Shown piece after piece: positions 28,147 to 41,133 of a stretch of 64,000 nt of DNA. Where the stretch lies: positions 1,632,001-1,696,000 of the forward strand of contig CBDFJG010000003.1 of NCBI GenBank assembly GCA_965248445.1. The letters run 5' to 3'. The first letter of the stretch is position 1. The number at the start of each line of letters is the position of its first letter. The DNA comes from Planctomycetota bacterium. Lineage in GTDB: Bacteria; Planctomycetota; JAJSAM01; JAJVHW01. Position numbers and translations under genes: made by a program. Under the pieces are notes generated by a model that saw only the letters and a list, made by a program, of their open reading frames with translations, did not search any database and was not told the DNA's origin.

Positions 28147-28910
28147 CGCCTGGGCCCGCGCGACCTGCCGGACCGCCCTTCGCGGCGATACACGAGCACG
28201 GTCCGCTCGTCGAGGCCGGGAACATGCGTCATCTGCGCCTTCTTGACGCTCAGTCTCCGGCGCTTCGCGACGAGCGCGGCGCTGCGCACCTCATCGGCCG
28301 CCAAGTTCGGTCCCTTCATCATCAGGATGCAGCCGCTCTGTGCGGTCAGTGGTTCCAATTCGAGGACGATCGGCGCCGTCTTGCCCACGGCCCGGGCCGC
28401 GCACACGTCGAACGAGCGCTTGAACTCGGGCCGAAGCTCCGGCAGGTCAGCCCCGCGCGACCACACGCCTTCGACGTTCTCGATCCCGGCGGCGGCGAGG
28501 CACTCTTCGACAAGCCGGATCTTCTTGCCCGTGCCGTCTGCAACGACGACGGCGCTCCGCGGCCACGCCACGGCCAGCGGCACACCCGGGAAACCGCCTC
28601 CGGTGCCGAGGTCGAGCACACGAGCCGGCTCCCGCGGACCGGCCAGCTCGTGCCAGACCCCCACGAGCGACAGGCTGTCGACCAGGTGGCGGACCACGGC
28701 CTCGCCCCGATCGCGGATCGAGGTGACGTTGATCCGCTGGTTGGCCTCGAGCACGGCATCGAGGTAGGCGAGGAGCTTCCGAGCGCCCTTGTCGTCGAGC
28801 GTGGCGCCGACCACTCGCGCGCCCTCGAGGAGCGCTTCGATGTGCGGGTCGGCAGAGTCCTCGGAGTCGCTCAAGCGTCCGGCGTAGGATACGGGCTTCG
28901 ACGAAGCCAC
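28131..28910 (-). CDS. rsmG: 16S rRNA (guanine527-N7)-methyltransferase (start approximate)
   Basis: NQRINVTSI, RHLVDSL, LDLGTGGGFPGVPLA, ARAV, MKG. Confidence 0.92.
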   Translation of the reverse strand: MASSKPVSYAGRLSDSEDSADPHIEALLEGARVVGATLDDKGARKLLAYLDAVLEANQRINVTSIRDRGEAVVRHLVDSLSLVGVWHELAGPREPARVLDLGTGGGFPGVPLAVAWPRSAVVVADGTGKKIRLVEECLAAAGIENVEGVWSRGADLPELRPEFKRSFDVCAARAVGKTAPIVLELEPLTAQSGCILMMKGPNLAADEVRSAALVAKRRRLSVKKAQMTHVPGLDERTVLVYRREGRSGRSRGPRRQSRW

Positions 28911-28935
28911 ACGCACTGCGTACCAAGGAGAAGGC

Positions 28936-30561
<1,626 letters not shown>

Positions 30562-30616
30562 CGCCCGTATCGCGTCCCGGCCGGACGAGGCCCGGAACCA
30601 GCGGTAGGATGCAGGC

Positions 30617-32707
30617 GTGCGCGCGCGCCTCTTCCTGCCCGGATTCGTCCTGCTCGTGGCCGCTCTCGTGCCCACGGTGCCGGACCGGGTGCGGGCGCAG
30701 GAGAGTGACCTCGTCCGGCTGGCGGACGCGTTCCCGGGGGTGACGTTCAGCCGGCCGCTCTTCGCGCTGCAGCCGCCGGACGCGACCGACCGCATGTTCG
30801 TCATCGAGCAAGGCGGGAAGGTGTTCATCGTGCCCCACCCGGCGCCGGCGGAGGGGCCGATCCCGAGAGTCGAGTTCCTGGACGTCGACGTCGAGCGCGG
30901 GGGCAACGAGCAAGGTCTGCTCGGCTTCGCGTTCCATCCGCAGTACGCGAGCAATGGTCTGTTCTACGTCAACTACTCCCGCGACGGTGACGGCGCGACC
31001 ATCGTGTCGGAGTTCTCGGTGTCCGCGGGCAACCCGGACCAGGCGAACGCCGGCAGCGAGCGCGTGCTGATGACCGTCGCGCAGCCGTACTCGAATCACA
31101 ACGGCGGGATGATCGCGTTCGGGCCGGACGACATGCTCTACATCTCGCTCGGCGACGGCGGCTCGGGCGGCGATCCGCAGGACAACGGCGAGAACCTCGG
31201 CACGCTCCTCGGCGGGCTGCTGCGCATCGACGTTGACGACCAGGACCCTGACCTCCAATACGCCGTGCCACCCGACAATCCGTTCGTGGCGCGGCAGGGG
31301 GCACGGCGGGAGCTCTGGGCGTACGGCCTGCGCAACCTGTGGCGATTCTCGTTCGACAGGTCGACCGGCGAGTGCTGGGGCGGCGACGTCGGGCAGAACG
31401 CGTTCGAGGAAGTCGACCTCATCTCGGCGGGTGACAACCTCGGCTGGGACCGCCGCGAGGGCTTCGTCGCGTTCGAGGGCGACGGCGGAGCGCCCGTGGA
31501 CCCCTTCGTCGATCCGCTCCACGTCTACGGTCGCAACCTGGGCCGGTCGATCACCGGCGGATACGTCTACCGCGGGGACCTGATCCCGGAGCTCGTCGGC
31601 CAGTACCTGTTCGCGGACTACGTGACCGGCCGCATGTGGCAGCTCGCGCACGACAACGGGGGCAACGTGCAGGTCGATCAGCTGCTCTCGACCGGCGAGA
31701 GCGTCGCGAGCTTCGTCGAGGACCGCGACGGCGAACTCTACATCTGTACGTTCGGCGGTCGCATCCTCGCGATCCTGCCCACAGACGTCCCGGAGCCGCC
31801 GCCTCCGCCAGAAGCGCTGCCCGAACTCCTGTCGCAGACGCCGCTCTTCCGCCGCATCGACAAGCACCGGAAAGCGCGCGGCGCCCTGCGTTACGGCGTG
31901 CGTTCCGAGCTTTGGGCCGACTTCGCGGAGAAAGACCGCTGGATCGTCCTGCCGCCGCGCGGCGTCATGACGACCAACGGCGAGGACTCGTTCGACGTGC
32001 CGGTCGGAACGTGGATCGCGAAGACGTTCCGCCTTGGACCGAGGAAGACTCGGCGAGCGCTCGAGACGCGCGTGATCCTGTACGGCGAGGAGCGCTTCCT
32101 GTTCGGCACCTACAAGTGGCGCGCCGACGGCAGCGACGCCGACCTCGTCCACGAGCGCGAGACCGAGACCGTGCAGGGACCGCAATCACCGCAGGAGTGG
32201 ACCTACCCGTCTCCCGAGGACTGCCTCGAGTGCCACACCGAGGCATCGTCGCGCGTGCTCGGGATCACCGCGACGCAAGTGAAGGCGCGCCGCGGCCGCC
32301 GCGGCGTCATGCGGCGCTGGCGTAGCAAGGGCGTCCTCGACGGCGACGGAACCGACGTGCCGCACTTCCTGCCGGTCGCGGGCCGCAAGAAGCATGACCG
32401 GCGGGTGCGGAGCTACCTCGCGTCGAACTGCGCGTACTGCCACCGCCCGGGCGCACCGGAGCCGGCGGGCCTGGATCTGCGCGCTTCCGTACCCCTGGCC
32501 GACACCGGCTTGCTCGACCTGCCGGAGCGGAGCGTCCCCGCCATCCCGGACGCGCGCGTCGTGTTCGCGGGTGACCCCGACAAGAGCGTGCTCCTGTCCC
32601 GCATGGCGCTGCGGGGCGACGCGGAGCAGATGCCGAAGCTCGGTTCGGCGTTCGCGCACGAGACCGCTCTCGACCTCGTCGAGGGCTGGATCCGCGACCT
32701 CGAGTAG
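30617..32707 (+). CDS. GSDH-type PQQ-dependent sugar dehydrogenase fused to a diheme cytochrome c domain
   Basis: GLLGFAFHP, NHNGG, GDGG, AYGLRN, GDVGQ; heme motifs CLECH and CAYCH. Confidence 0.88.
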   Translation: MRARLFLPGFVLLVAALVPTVPDRVRAQESDLVRLADAFPGVTFSRPLFALQPPDATDRMFVIEQGGKVFIVPHPAPAEGPIPRVEFLDVDVERGGNEQGLLGFAFHPQYASNGLFYVNYSRDGDGATIVSEFSVSAGNPDQANAGSERVLMTVAQPYSNHNGGMIAFGPDDMLYISLGDGGSGGDPQDNGENLGTLLGGLLRIDVDDQDPDLQYAVPPDNPFVARQGARRELWAYGLRNLWRFSFDRSTGECWGGDVGQNAFEEVDLISAGDNLGWDRREGFVAFEGDGGAPVDPFVDPLHVYGRNLGRSITGGYVYRGDLIPELVGQYLFADYVTGRMWQLAHDNGGNVQVDQLLSTGESVASFVEDRDGELYICTFGGRILAILPTDVPEPPPPPEALPELLSQTPLFRRIDKHRKARGALRYGVRSELWADFAEKDRWIVLPPRGVMTTNGEDSFDVPVGTWIAKTFRLGPRKTRRALETRVILYGEERFLFGTYKWRADGSDADLVHERETETVQGPQSPQEWTYPSPEDCLECHTEASSRVLGITATQVKARRGRRGVMRRWRSKGVLDGDGTDVPHFLPVAGRKKHDRRVRSYLASNCAYCHRPGAPEPAGLDLRASVPLADTGLLDLPERSVPAIPDARVVFAGDPDKSVLLSRMALRGDAEQMPKLGSAFAHETALDLVEGWIRDLE

Positions 32708-32782
32708 CCAATCCCAGGCGCCTTTCGGGGGCCGCTGCCGGGCCGGGTAGAGTCCCGGACCCGGTCGAAGGCGGAGGTCCGA

Positions 32783-35467
32783 GTGAGCGTTTATCCCGAG
32801 TCCCAGGATCCCGATCCCGTCGAGACGACGGAGTGGCTGCACTCTCTCGAGAGCGTGGTGCAGACGCACGGCCAGGACCGGGCGCGGTACCTGCTCGACA
32901 GGATGATGGCCCGCGCCCGGCTCGGAGGCTTCTCGCCCGACCAGCTCCTCACGACCGACTACGTCAACACGATCGCACCCGCAGACCAGCCGCCGTTCCC
33001 TGGCGACGAAGTCATGGAAGAGCGGATCAGCGACATCATCCGCTGGAACGCCGCCGTGATGGTCAGCCGCGCCAATCACGAGTACCCCGGGCTGGGCGGC
33101 CACATCTCGACGTTCGCGTCGTCGGCCGAGCTCTACGACGTCGCGTTCAACCACTTCTTCCGCGGGATCGAGGGCAGCGGCAGCGGCGATCAGATCTACT
33201 TCCAGGGGCACGGCTCGCCCGGCATCTACGCGCGCGCGTTCCTCGAGGGACGCCTGAACGAGGGCCACCTGAATCGCTTCCGCCGCGAGACGGAGCGCAC
33301 GTTCGAGCAGTGGCAGGGACTGTCGTCGTATCCGCACGCGCGGCTGATGCAGGACTTCTGGACGTTCCCCACCGTGTCGATGGGCATCGGCCCGATCTTC
33401 TCGATCTACCAGGCGCGCTTCAACCGCTACTTGCACGCGCGCGGAATGGCCGACACCAGCCAGTCGCGTGTGTGGTGCTTCGTGGGCGACGGCGAGTCCG
33501 ACGAGCCCGAGTCGCTCGGCGCGCTGTCCGTCGCCGCACGCGAGGGTCTGGACAACCTCGTCTGGGTCGTGAACTGCAACTTGCAGCGCCTCGATGGACC
33601 GGTGCGGGGCAACGGCCAGATCGTGCAGGAGCTCGAGACGGTGTTCCGCGGCGCCGGCTGGAACGTCATCAAAGTGCTCTGGGGCAGCGAGTGGGATCCG
33701 CTCTTCGAGAAGGACGAACGCCGGCTCATCGTCACGCGCATGAACGAGGCAGTGGACGGTGAGTACCAGCGTTTCAGGGCGGAGAACGGGGCCTTCATCC
33801 GCAAGCACTTCTGGGGTACGAACCCGGACTTGCTCGAACTTGTCTCCCACTTGTCGGACGCCGATGTCTGGGCGATGCGCCGGGGTGGCCACGACATGCA
33901 GAAAGTCCACGCCGCGTACAAGGCGGCGGAGGAGCACAAGGGCCGCCCCACAGTCGTGCTCGCCATGACCGTCAAGGGCTTCTCACTCGGCGGCGGCTTC
34001 GAGGCCACCAACGCCACGCACCAGATGAAGAAGATGAACGTCGAGACGCTGCGCGGCTTCCGCGACCGGCTCGACCTTCCCATCGACGACGACAAGCTGG
34101 AACGCGCGCCGTTCTACCACCCCGGCGCTGACAGCGACGAGGTCGCGTACCTGCGCGAGCGGCGTGCGGCGCTCGGCGGACCGGTGCCCGTGCGGCGCAC
34201 GACGTTCAGCGTGCAACTCGAGCTCCCCGAGCCCGATCTCTACGACGAGTTCCTTGGCGGTTCGAAGGGACGCGAGTTCTCGACGACGATGGCGTTCGTT
34301 CGGTTGCTCGCCAAGTTGATCAAGGACAAGGGGATCGGACGGCACATCGTGCCGATCATTCCCGACGAGGCGCGCACGTTCGGTATGGAACCACTGTTCC
34401 GCACGGTTGGCATCTATGCGGCGCAAGGACAGAAGTACGAGCCCGTCGACAAGAAGCAGCTCCTCTACTACCGCGAGACGAAGGACGGTCAGGTGCTCGA
34501 GGAGGGCATCACCGAAGCCGGGTCGATGGCGAGCTTCATGGCGGCGGGAACGTCGTACGCAACGCACGACACGCCGATGATCCCCTTCTACACCTTCTAT
34601 TCGATGTTCGGGTTCCAGCGAGTTGGCGACCTCGCGTGGGCGTTCGCGGATGCGCGCGGCCGCGGCTTCTTGATGGGTGCGACGGCCGGCCGCACCACGC
34701 TGAACGGAGAGGGGCTCCAGCACGAGGACGGACACAGCCATGTGCTCGCAGCGACCGTGCCGAACGTCGTTGCCTACGACCCCTCGTTCGCGTTCGAGAC
34801 TGCGCTGATCGTGCGTGAAGGCATGCGGCGCATGTACAGCGAAAACCAAGACGTCTTCTATTACGTCACGGTCCACAACGAGAACTACGCGCAGCCGCCG
34901 ATGCCGGCGCTCACCGAGCGCGGCGTCATCGAGGGCCTCTACCTCTTCGAACGCGCCAAGGAGCAGGCAGAGCATCACGTGCAGCTGTTCGGCAGCGGCT
35001 CGATCATGATGCAGGTGCTCGCAGCGCGCGACATGCTGGCGGAGCGCTTCGGCGTGTCGGCCAGCGTCTGGGGCGCAACGAGCTACCAGCAGTTGCGCGT
35101 CAAAGCATTGCGCGCCGAGCGCTGGAACCGCCTGCATCCGGACGAGACGCCGCGGTCATGCTGGCTGCAGGACTCGCTCGACGGCATCGAGGGTCCGTTC
35201 ATCGCAGCGAGTGACTTCATGATGCTCGTGCCCGACCAGATCGCCCGCTGGGTGCCCGGTACGTTCGTCCCCCTCGGCACCGACGGCTTCGGCATGAGCG
35301 ACACGCGCGAGGCGTTGCGCCGCCACTTCGAAGTCGATGCCGAGTCGATCGCGCTCGCCGCGCTCTACGGCCTGCACAAGGACGGCAAGCTGGACGCCGC
35401 AACCGTCAAGAAGGCCTACGACGACCTCGGCTACGACACCGAGAAGCTCCGCCCCACGGCGATCTAG
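32783..35467 (+). CDS. aceE: Pyruvate dehydrogenase E1, homodimeric type
   Basis: DPVETTEW, GGHISTFAS, GLSSYPH, GDGESDEPES, LQHEDGHS, LGTDGFG. Confidence 0.97.
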   Translation: MSVYPESQDPDPVETTEWLHSLESVVQTHGQDRARYLLDRMMARARLGGFSPDQLLTTDYVNTIAPADQPPFPGDEVMEERISDIIRWNAAVMVSRANHEYPGLGGHISTFASSAELYDVAFNHFFRGIEGSGSGDQIYFQGHGSPGIYARAFLEGRLNEGHLNRFRRETERTFEQWQGLSSYPHARLMQDFWTFPTVSMGIGPIFSIYQARFNRYLHARGMADTSQSRVWCFVGDGESDEPESLGALSVAAREGLDNLVWVVNCNLQRLDGPVRGNGQIVQELETVFRGAGWNVIKVLWGSEWDPLFEKDERRLIVTRMNEAVDGEYQRFRAENGAFIRKHFWGTNPDLLELVSHLSDADVWAMRRGGHDMQKVHAAYKAAEEHKGRPTVVLAMTVKGFSLGGGFEATNATHQMKKMNVETLRGFRDRLDLPIDDDKLERAPFYHPGADSDEVAYLRERRAALGGPVPVRRTTFSVQLELPEPDLYDEFLGGSKGREFSTTMAFVRLLAKLIKDKGIGRHIVPIIPDEARTFGMEPLFRTVGIYAAQGQKYEPVDKKQLLYYRETKDGQVLEEGITEAGSMASFMAAGTSYATHDTPMIPFYTFYSMFGFQRVGDLAWAFADARGRGFLMGATAGRTTLNGEGLQHEDGHSHVLAATVPNVVAYDPSFAFETALIVREGMRRMYSENQDVFYYVTVHNENYAQPPMPALTERGVIEGLYLFERAKEQAEHHVQLFGSGSIMMQVLAARDMLAERFGVSASVWGATSYQQLRVKALRAERWNRLHPDETPRSCWLQDSLDGIEGPFIAASDFMMLVPDQIARWVPGTFVPLGTDGFGMSDTREALRRHFEVDAESIALAALYGLHKDGKLDAATVKKAYDDLGYDTEKLRPTAI

Positions 35468-35479
35468 AAGGAACTCCGC

Positions 35480-35725
35480 ATGTCCGTATTGCTGGCCGCA
35501 ACGGACGAGCCGTACTGGCTGGAGATGTTCTGGGGCGTGTGCAGCATGCTCATCGGCGTCTACTCGGTCACGGGAGCGGTCTGCAACTGGGATTGGTTCA
35601 TGAACCACCGCAGCGCGGCAATCCCGGTGGCGCTGCTGACGCGCACGGGTGCGCGGCTGTTCTACATCGCCGTCGGAGTGGCGATCTTCGTCATCGGTGT
35701 GAACTGGGTGATCCCCGACGCGTGA
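35480..35725 (+). CDS. Small membrane protein, Imm17-like
   Basis: GAVCNWDWFM...RTGARLFYIAVG with two TM segments. Confidence 0.65.
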   Translation: MSVLLAATDEPYWLEMFWGVCSMLIGVYSVTGAVCNWDWFMNHRSAAIPVALLTRTGARLFYIAVGVAIFVIGVNWVIPDA

Positions 35726-36273
35726 TCAGCCGTCACGACTTCGGCCAGCTCCGTCCGGTACCATCCCGGTCCGCGGCCGCCCCCCGATCACGCCGGCGCC
35801 GCGGCGAGGAGACATCGCCATGAGTAGCACAATCGGGTTGCCGCCCGAGGCCGACCTCGCCGCACTCGGGTTCACCGTCCATCGCTACGAGGCGGACTCG
35901 CTGGCGCTGCAGCGAGAGCCGTTTCGCATGTCGTGGATCGCCACGCAGCTCGTCACGTTCGTGTTCGTGATTCGCAGACAGGTGACGTCGTGGGAGGAGA
36001 TGGCTGCGGACTTCGCCGCGATGAAGTCCTTCGCGAAGCAGCACAAGAAGACGTTCCTGCCGATGGGCTTCCAGTGCGGGTACGCGCTGCTGCCGATCTA
36101 CGTCGGTGCAGGTTTCTCCGACGAACTCAGGGAGACGGTGCGTTCCACGTTCAAGAAGCGGTGGTGCATGATGCACCTTCCGTCTCTGCTCGACCTAGCG
36201 ACGGGCGAGTGCACCTCGCTCGCGGCGAATCACATCTGGGGCGTCATCTACCGCACCTACGTCGCGGACACCA

Positions 36274-37890
<1,617 letters not shown>

Positions 37891-37899
37891 CCCGGCATG

Positions 37900-37936
37900 T
37901 TACGAATTTCCGTAATCTTGTGACGTGAATTCGTGA
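37900..37936. promoter_or_regulatory. Tandem palindromic sites, candidate enhancer (UAS) for the bEBP
   Basis: TTACG-N6-CGTAA at 37900-37915 and TGACG-N6-CGTGA at 37921-37936, about 90-120 bp upstream of the sigma54 promoter. Confidence 0.55.
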
Positions 37937-38022
37937 AATCCGAGATCTCGCGATCCTGGACGGTCGCGCGTCACAGACTTAAGCTTACTCTTGATAAGGA
38001 GTTATGTCTCTATCGCTGTGGC

Positions 38023-38038
38023 TGGCACGCCATCTGCG
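38023..38038 (+). promoter_or_regulatory. Sigma54 (-24/-12) promoter
   Basis: TGGCAC-GCCAT-CTGC against consensus TGGCAC-N5-TTGC; divergent from a bEBP gene. Confidence 0.8.
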
Positions 38039-38076
38039 TTTGTCGGGCATCAGCATCTCGCCACAAGGAGGCACCG

Positions 38077-38640
38077 ATGTCCCGACTCACCCTTCCCAGA
38101 CAACAGGCCATCGATCCGAAGGCGCAGCGGGTGCTGCGAGCCATCCGGAGTTCGCTCGGCTTCGTGCCGAACATGTTGCGCTCCATGGCGAGCGCGCCGG
38201 CAGTGCTTTTGGGCTACACCCAGCTGTCATCCACCCTCGCCGGCGGGAACCTCAGCGCAGAGCTGCGCGAGAAGATCGCCCTGCTGGTCGCGCAGGAGAA
38301 TGCCTGCGAGTACTGCGTGGCGGCTCACAGCACGACCGCCGGCGCAGCCGGTCTCAGCCTGGAGGCGATCCTCGATGCCCGCCGCGGCACGGCTGTCGGC
38401 CGCACCGAGCAGGCCGGGCTCGACTTCGCGAGGGCCGTGCTCGAGCACAAGGGCGCGGTCGCCGACACCGATCTCGCGGACGTCCGGGCCGCCGGATACC
38501 GCGACGGCGACATCGCCGAGATCGTCGCGAACGTCGTGCTCACGATCTACTCGAACTACTTCAACAAGGTCGCCGAGACGGAGATCGACTTCCGCCGCGT
38601 CCTGCCCGTCGCGGCCGTCGCGACCGCCCACGCAGCCTGA
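38077..38640 (+). CDS. AhpD/carboxymuconolactone decarboxylase family peroxidase-related protein
   Basis: LGFVPN, REKIALLVAQENACEYCVAAH, NYFN; AAGGAGG RBS. Confidence 0.9.
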   Translation: MSRLTLPRQQAIDPKAQRVLRAIRSSLGFVPNMLRSMASAPAVLLGYTQLSSTLAGGNLSAELREKIALLVAQENACEYCVAAHSTTAGAAGLSLEAILDARRGTAVGRTEQAGLDFARAVLEHKGAVADTDLADVRAAGYRDGDIAEIVANVVLTIYSNYFNKVAETEIDFRRVLPVAAVATAHAA

Positions 38641-38707
38641 CCCCTTTCGTTCCCCCCGGCCGGGGGTCGCGCACGCAGCCCGACAGCCCCACAGAAAGAG
38701 CCACCCG

Positions 38708-39322
38708 ATGACAGCCATCGCCCCGAACACCGACGTCGTCTTCTCCCCCGCCGTCAAGCGGCAGCAAGCGCGGCTCGGCTCCCGCAACATGATCGAGCGG
38801 TGGGAGCAGCGCGGCGGGTTCCGCGAGGACCGCGACGCGGAGCTGTACGCGTTCGCCGCGGAGCGCGACTCGTTCTACCTCGGCACGGTCAGCGCCGAGG
38901 GCCAGCCCTACATCCAGCACCGGGGCGGGCCGCGGGGCTTCCTCAAGAAGATCGGCGGGCGCAAGCTCGCGTTCGCCGAGTTCGCGGGGAACAAGCAGTA
39001 CGTCTCGTACGGCAACCTCGACGACAACCCGAAGGCGACGATCTTCCTGATGGACTACGCCAACCGGAAGCGGATCAAGGTGTGGGGCCGCGCCGAGGTG
39101 GTGGAGGACGATCCGGAGCTCCTGGCGCTCGTCGACGATCCCGAATACGCGTCACGCCCCGAGCGAGCGATCGTGTTCCACGTGGACGCGTTCGACACGA
39201 ACTGCCCGCAGCACATCCCCGTGCTGCTTCCGGCGGATCTGGTCGCGAGCGAACTCGAGAAGCTGAGAGACCGCGTCGCGGACCTCGAGCGCGAGAACGC
39301 CGAGCTCCGCGCCGCAGTCTGA
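38708..39322 (+). CDS. Pyridoxamine 5'-phosphate oxidase family FMN-binding protein
   Basis: PYIQHRGGPRGFL, GNKQYVSYGNL, LMDYANRKRIKVWG, NCPQHI. Confidence 0.9.
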   Translation: MTAIAPNTDVVFSPAVKRQQARLGSRNMIERWEQRGGFREDRDAELYAFAAERDSFYLGTVSAEGQPYIQHRGGPRGFLKKIGGRKLAFAEFAGNKQYVSYGNLDDNPKATIFLMDYANRKRIKVWGRAEVVEDDPELLALVDDPEYASRPERAIVFHVDAFDTNCPQHIPVLLPADLVASELEKLRDRVADLERENAELRAAV

Positions 39323-39376
39323 AGCCGATCGGTCAGCTGGCGAGCACCCGGCCTCACGCATCCGCGGCGCGTTCGC

Positions 39377-41038
39377 TCAGCGGGGGAGACGTTCCGCCAA
39401 GACCGCCGCGATCGTGCCCGCGAGCCCCGGTGGAGCCTCGGGATCCGAAGCAGCCAGCTGCTGCGCACGCTGGAGCAGCGCCACCCCGTCCTCGGTTCGG
39501 TTCTGCTGCAGGGCGACCAGGCCGGCGTGAAAGTGCGCCACGGCGTGGTCGGGATCAAGCGCAAGCGCCCGGTCGTATGCCTCAGCCGCACGCGTCCGCT
39601 GCTCGCGGCGGGCGTGCACGTCGCCGATCAGGACCCACGCCCAGGCCTTCGGACGGAGCTCGATGCTCCTCTCAAGGTGGCGCAGCGCACGATCGGGCTC
39701 GTCCCGCAGGATCGCCGCGTTCGCCAGCCGCATCCGGCGCTCGGCGCTGGCCTGGCCGATACGTTCGAGCAGAGCGTCCGCGCGCTCGGCGGCTTCGAGG
39801 TCCCCGCGTTCGAGCGGCCTGCGAAAGCCGACTTCCGGCTCGACCGCCGCGAACACGGTGAGAGCGAGTGCTGCCGCGCCGCCCAGCCACAAGAACGCGC
39901 GGACCGTCACGGGAGGCAGCGTCGGCGCCTCCGCGGCCGCGGCAGACCGCGGCACCAGGAGGATGCGCGCGATGCGGCCCTCGCGCAGCTTCCAGATCAC
40001 GCCGTCGAGCACGAAGTGGTGGAGGTTCACCAGCGACGCGACCATGACGGTCAGGCCCTCGTCGTAGGGGAGTCGCCCGAGCATGCCCGGAGCGAACAGG
40101 ACGGCGGGCACCGCCCAGAGCGCGCAACCGGCCAAGAGCGCCTTCAACAGGAAGGCGGGCAGCCGACGGGCGCGCCCCTGCGCCGACGCGAAGTACGACG
40201 TGATCCACAAGTACTGCACCGCATGTCCGGCTCCGATCCACAGAAACGCGTAGTGCGCGTGCGTCGTGCCGAGCGGCTCGACGCCTCCGAGAACACCGAA
40301 CTCACGCGCCAGTGCCGGCACCGCGAACCAGAGCGACTGCGTGCCGATCAGCAAGATCGCAGGCAGCAGTTCGCGCAGTGGCGCCGCTCGGCGCAGCTGC
40401 ACGACGGCCGCGGCAGTCACGACCGCGTACAGAGCGCCGACGGCCGCCATCAGCCACGAGGACGCGCCCGCCGGGATGCCGGCGAGTGGACCGAGTGCCA
40501 CGAATGCGTAGACGTCGCCGGGAATCTGGTTGGGCGCGTAGCTGGCGGCCGGGTCCTCGCCGTGCAGCGCGAGCAACGCCAGCAGGCAGGACAGGATGAA
40601 CGAGTAGTGCAGGAACTGCCGTGCGCGGGGGGTCACGTCGACGCCTCGCCGGCGCAGGAACATCATCGCCACGCCGAAGTTCTGCCCGGCGTAGTGCCAC
40701 GGGCTCCAGGTCAAGTAGAGCGTGACGAACCACGAGCCGAGCGCCTCCCAGTAGAGCCCGGAGGCAAAGCCAGCGCCGAGAAGGAGCGTCGTCCAACCGC
40801 TGAAGAGCATCCATGCCCGCCGGTCGGCCGCCCGCCCGTACGCCCGCATCGCCGTGGCGCCGTAGTGAGCGCTCGCCAGGATCGTGATCGGGATGATCGC
40901 GATCGTGGCCGGCATGACCTCGCGCACGCTCTCCCCGGCGAGCGACAGGGCCGTGAAGACGATCGCGTAGACCAGCCCGCACCCGAGCAGCAGGTCGGAG
41001 GCGGGGCCGTAGAGCCAGCGGCTCGTCCCGGGAGTCAT
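39377..41038 (-). CDS. Multi-pass membrane protein with C-terminal TPRs
   Basis: AHYGAT, WSPWHYAGQNFG, HAVQYLW, HHFVLDGVIWKLR; TPR tail. Confidence 0.75.
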   Translation of the reverse strand: MTPGTSRWLYGPASDLLLGCGLVYAIVFTALSLAGESVREVMPATIAIIPITILASAHYGATAMRAYGRAADRRAWMLFSGWTTLLLGAGFASGLYWEALGSWFVTLYLTWSPWHYAGQNFGVAMMFLRRRGVDVTPRARQFLHYSFILSCLLALLALHGEDPAASYAPNQIPGDVYAFVALGPLAGIPAGASSWLMAAVGALYAVVTAAAVVQLRRAAPLRELLPAILLIGTQSLWFAVPALAREFGVLGGVEPLGTTHAHYAFLWIGAGHAVQYLWITSYFASAQGRARRLPAFLLKALLAGCALWAVPAVLFAPGMLGRLPYDEGLTVMVASLVNLHHFVLDGVIWKLREGRIARILLVPRSAAAAEAPTLPPVTVRAFLWLGGAAALALTVFAAVEPEVGFRRPLERGDLEAAERADALLERIGQASAERRMRLANAAILRDEPDRALRHLERSIELRPKAWAWVLIGDVHARREQRTRAAEAYDRALALDPDHAVAHFHAGLVALQQNRTEDGVALLQRAQQLAASDPEAPPGLAGTIAAVLAERLPR

Positions 41039-41133
41039 CGCGTCACTGTACGCGCACGGGTCGTTCGTCTCGCGACCCGGCGGCCCACCGGCCTTTAGGA
41101 TCGTCGGCTTCCACCGAACCGGGAGCCGCAAGC

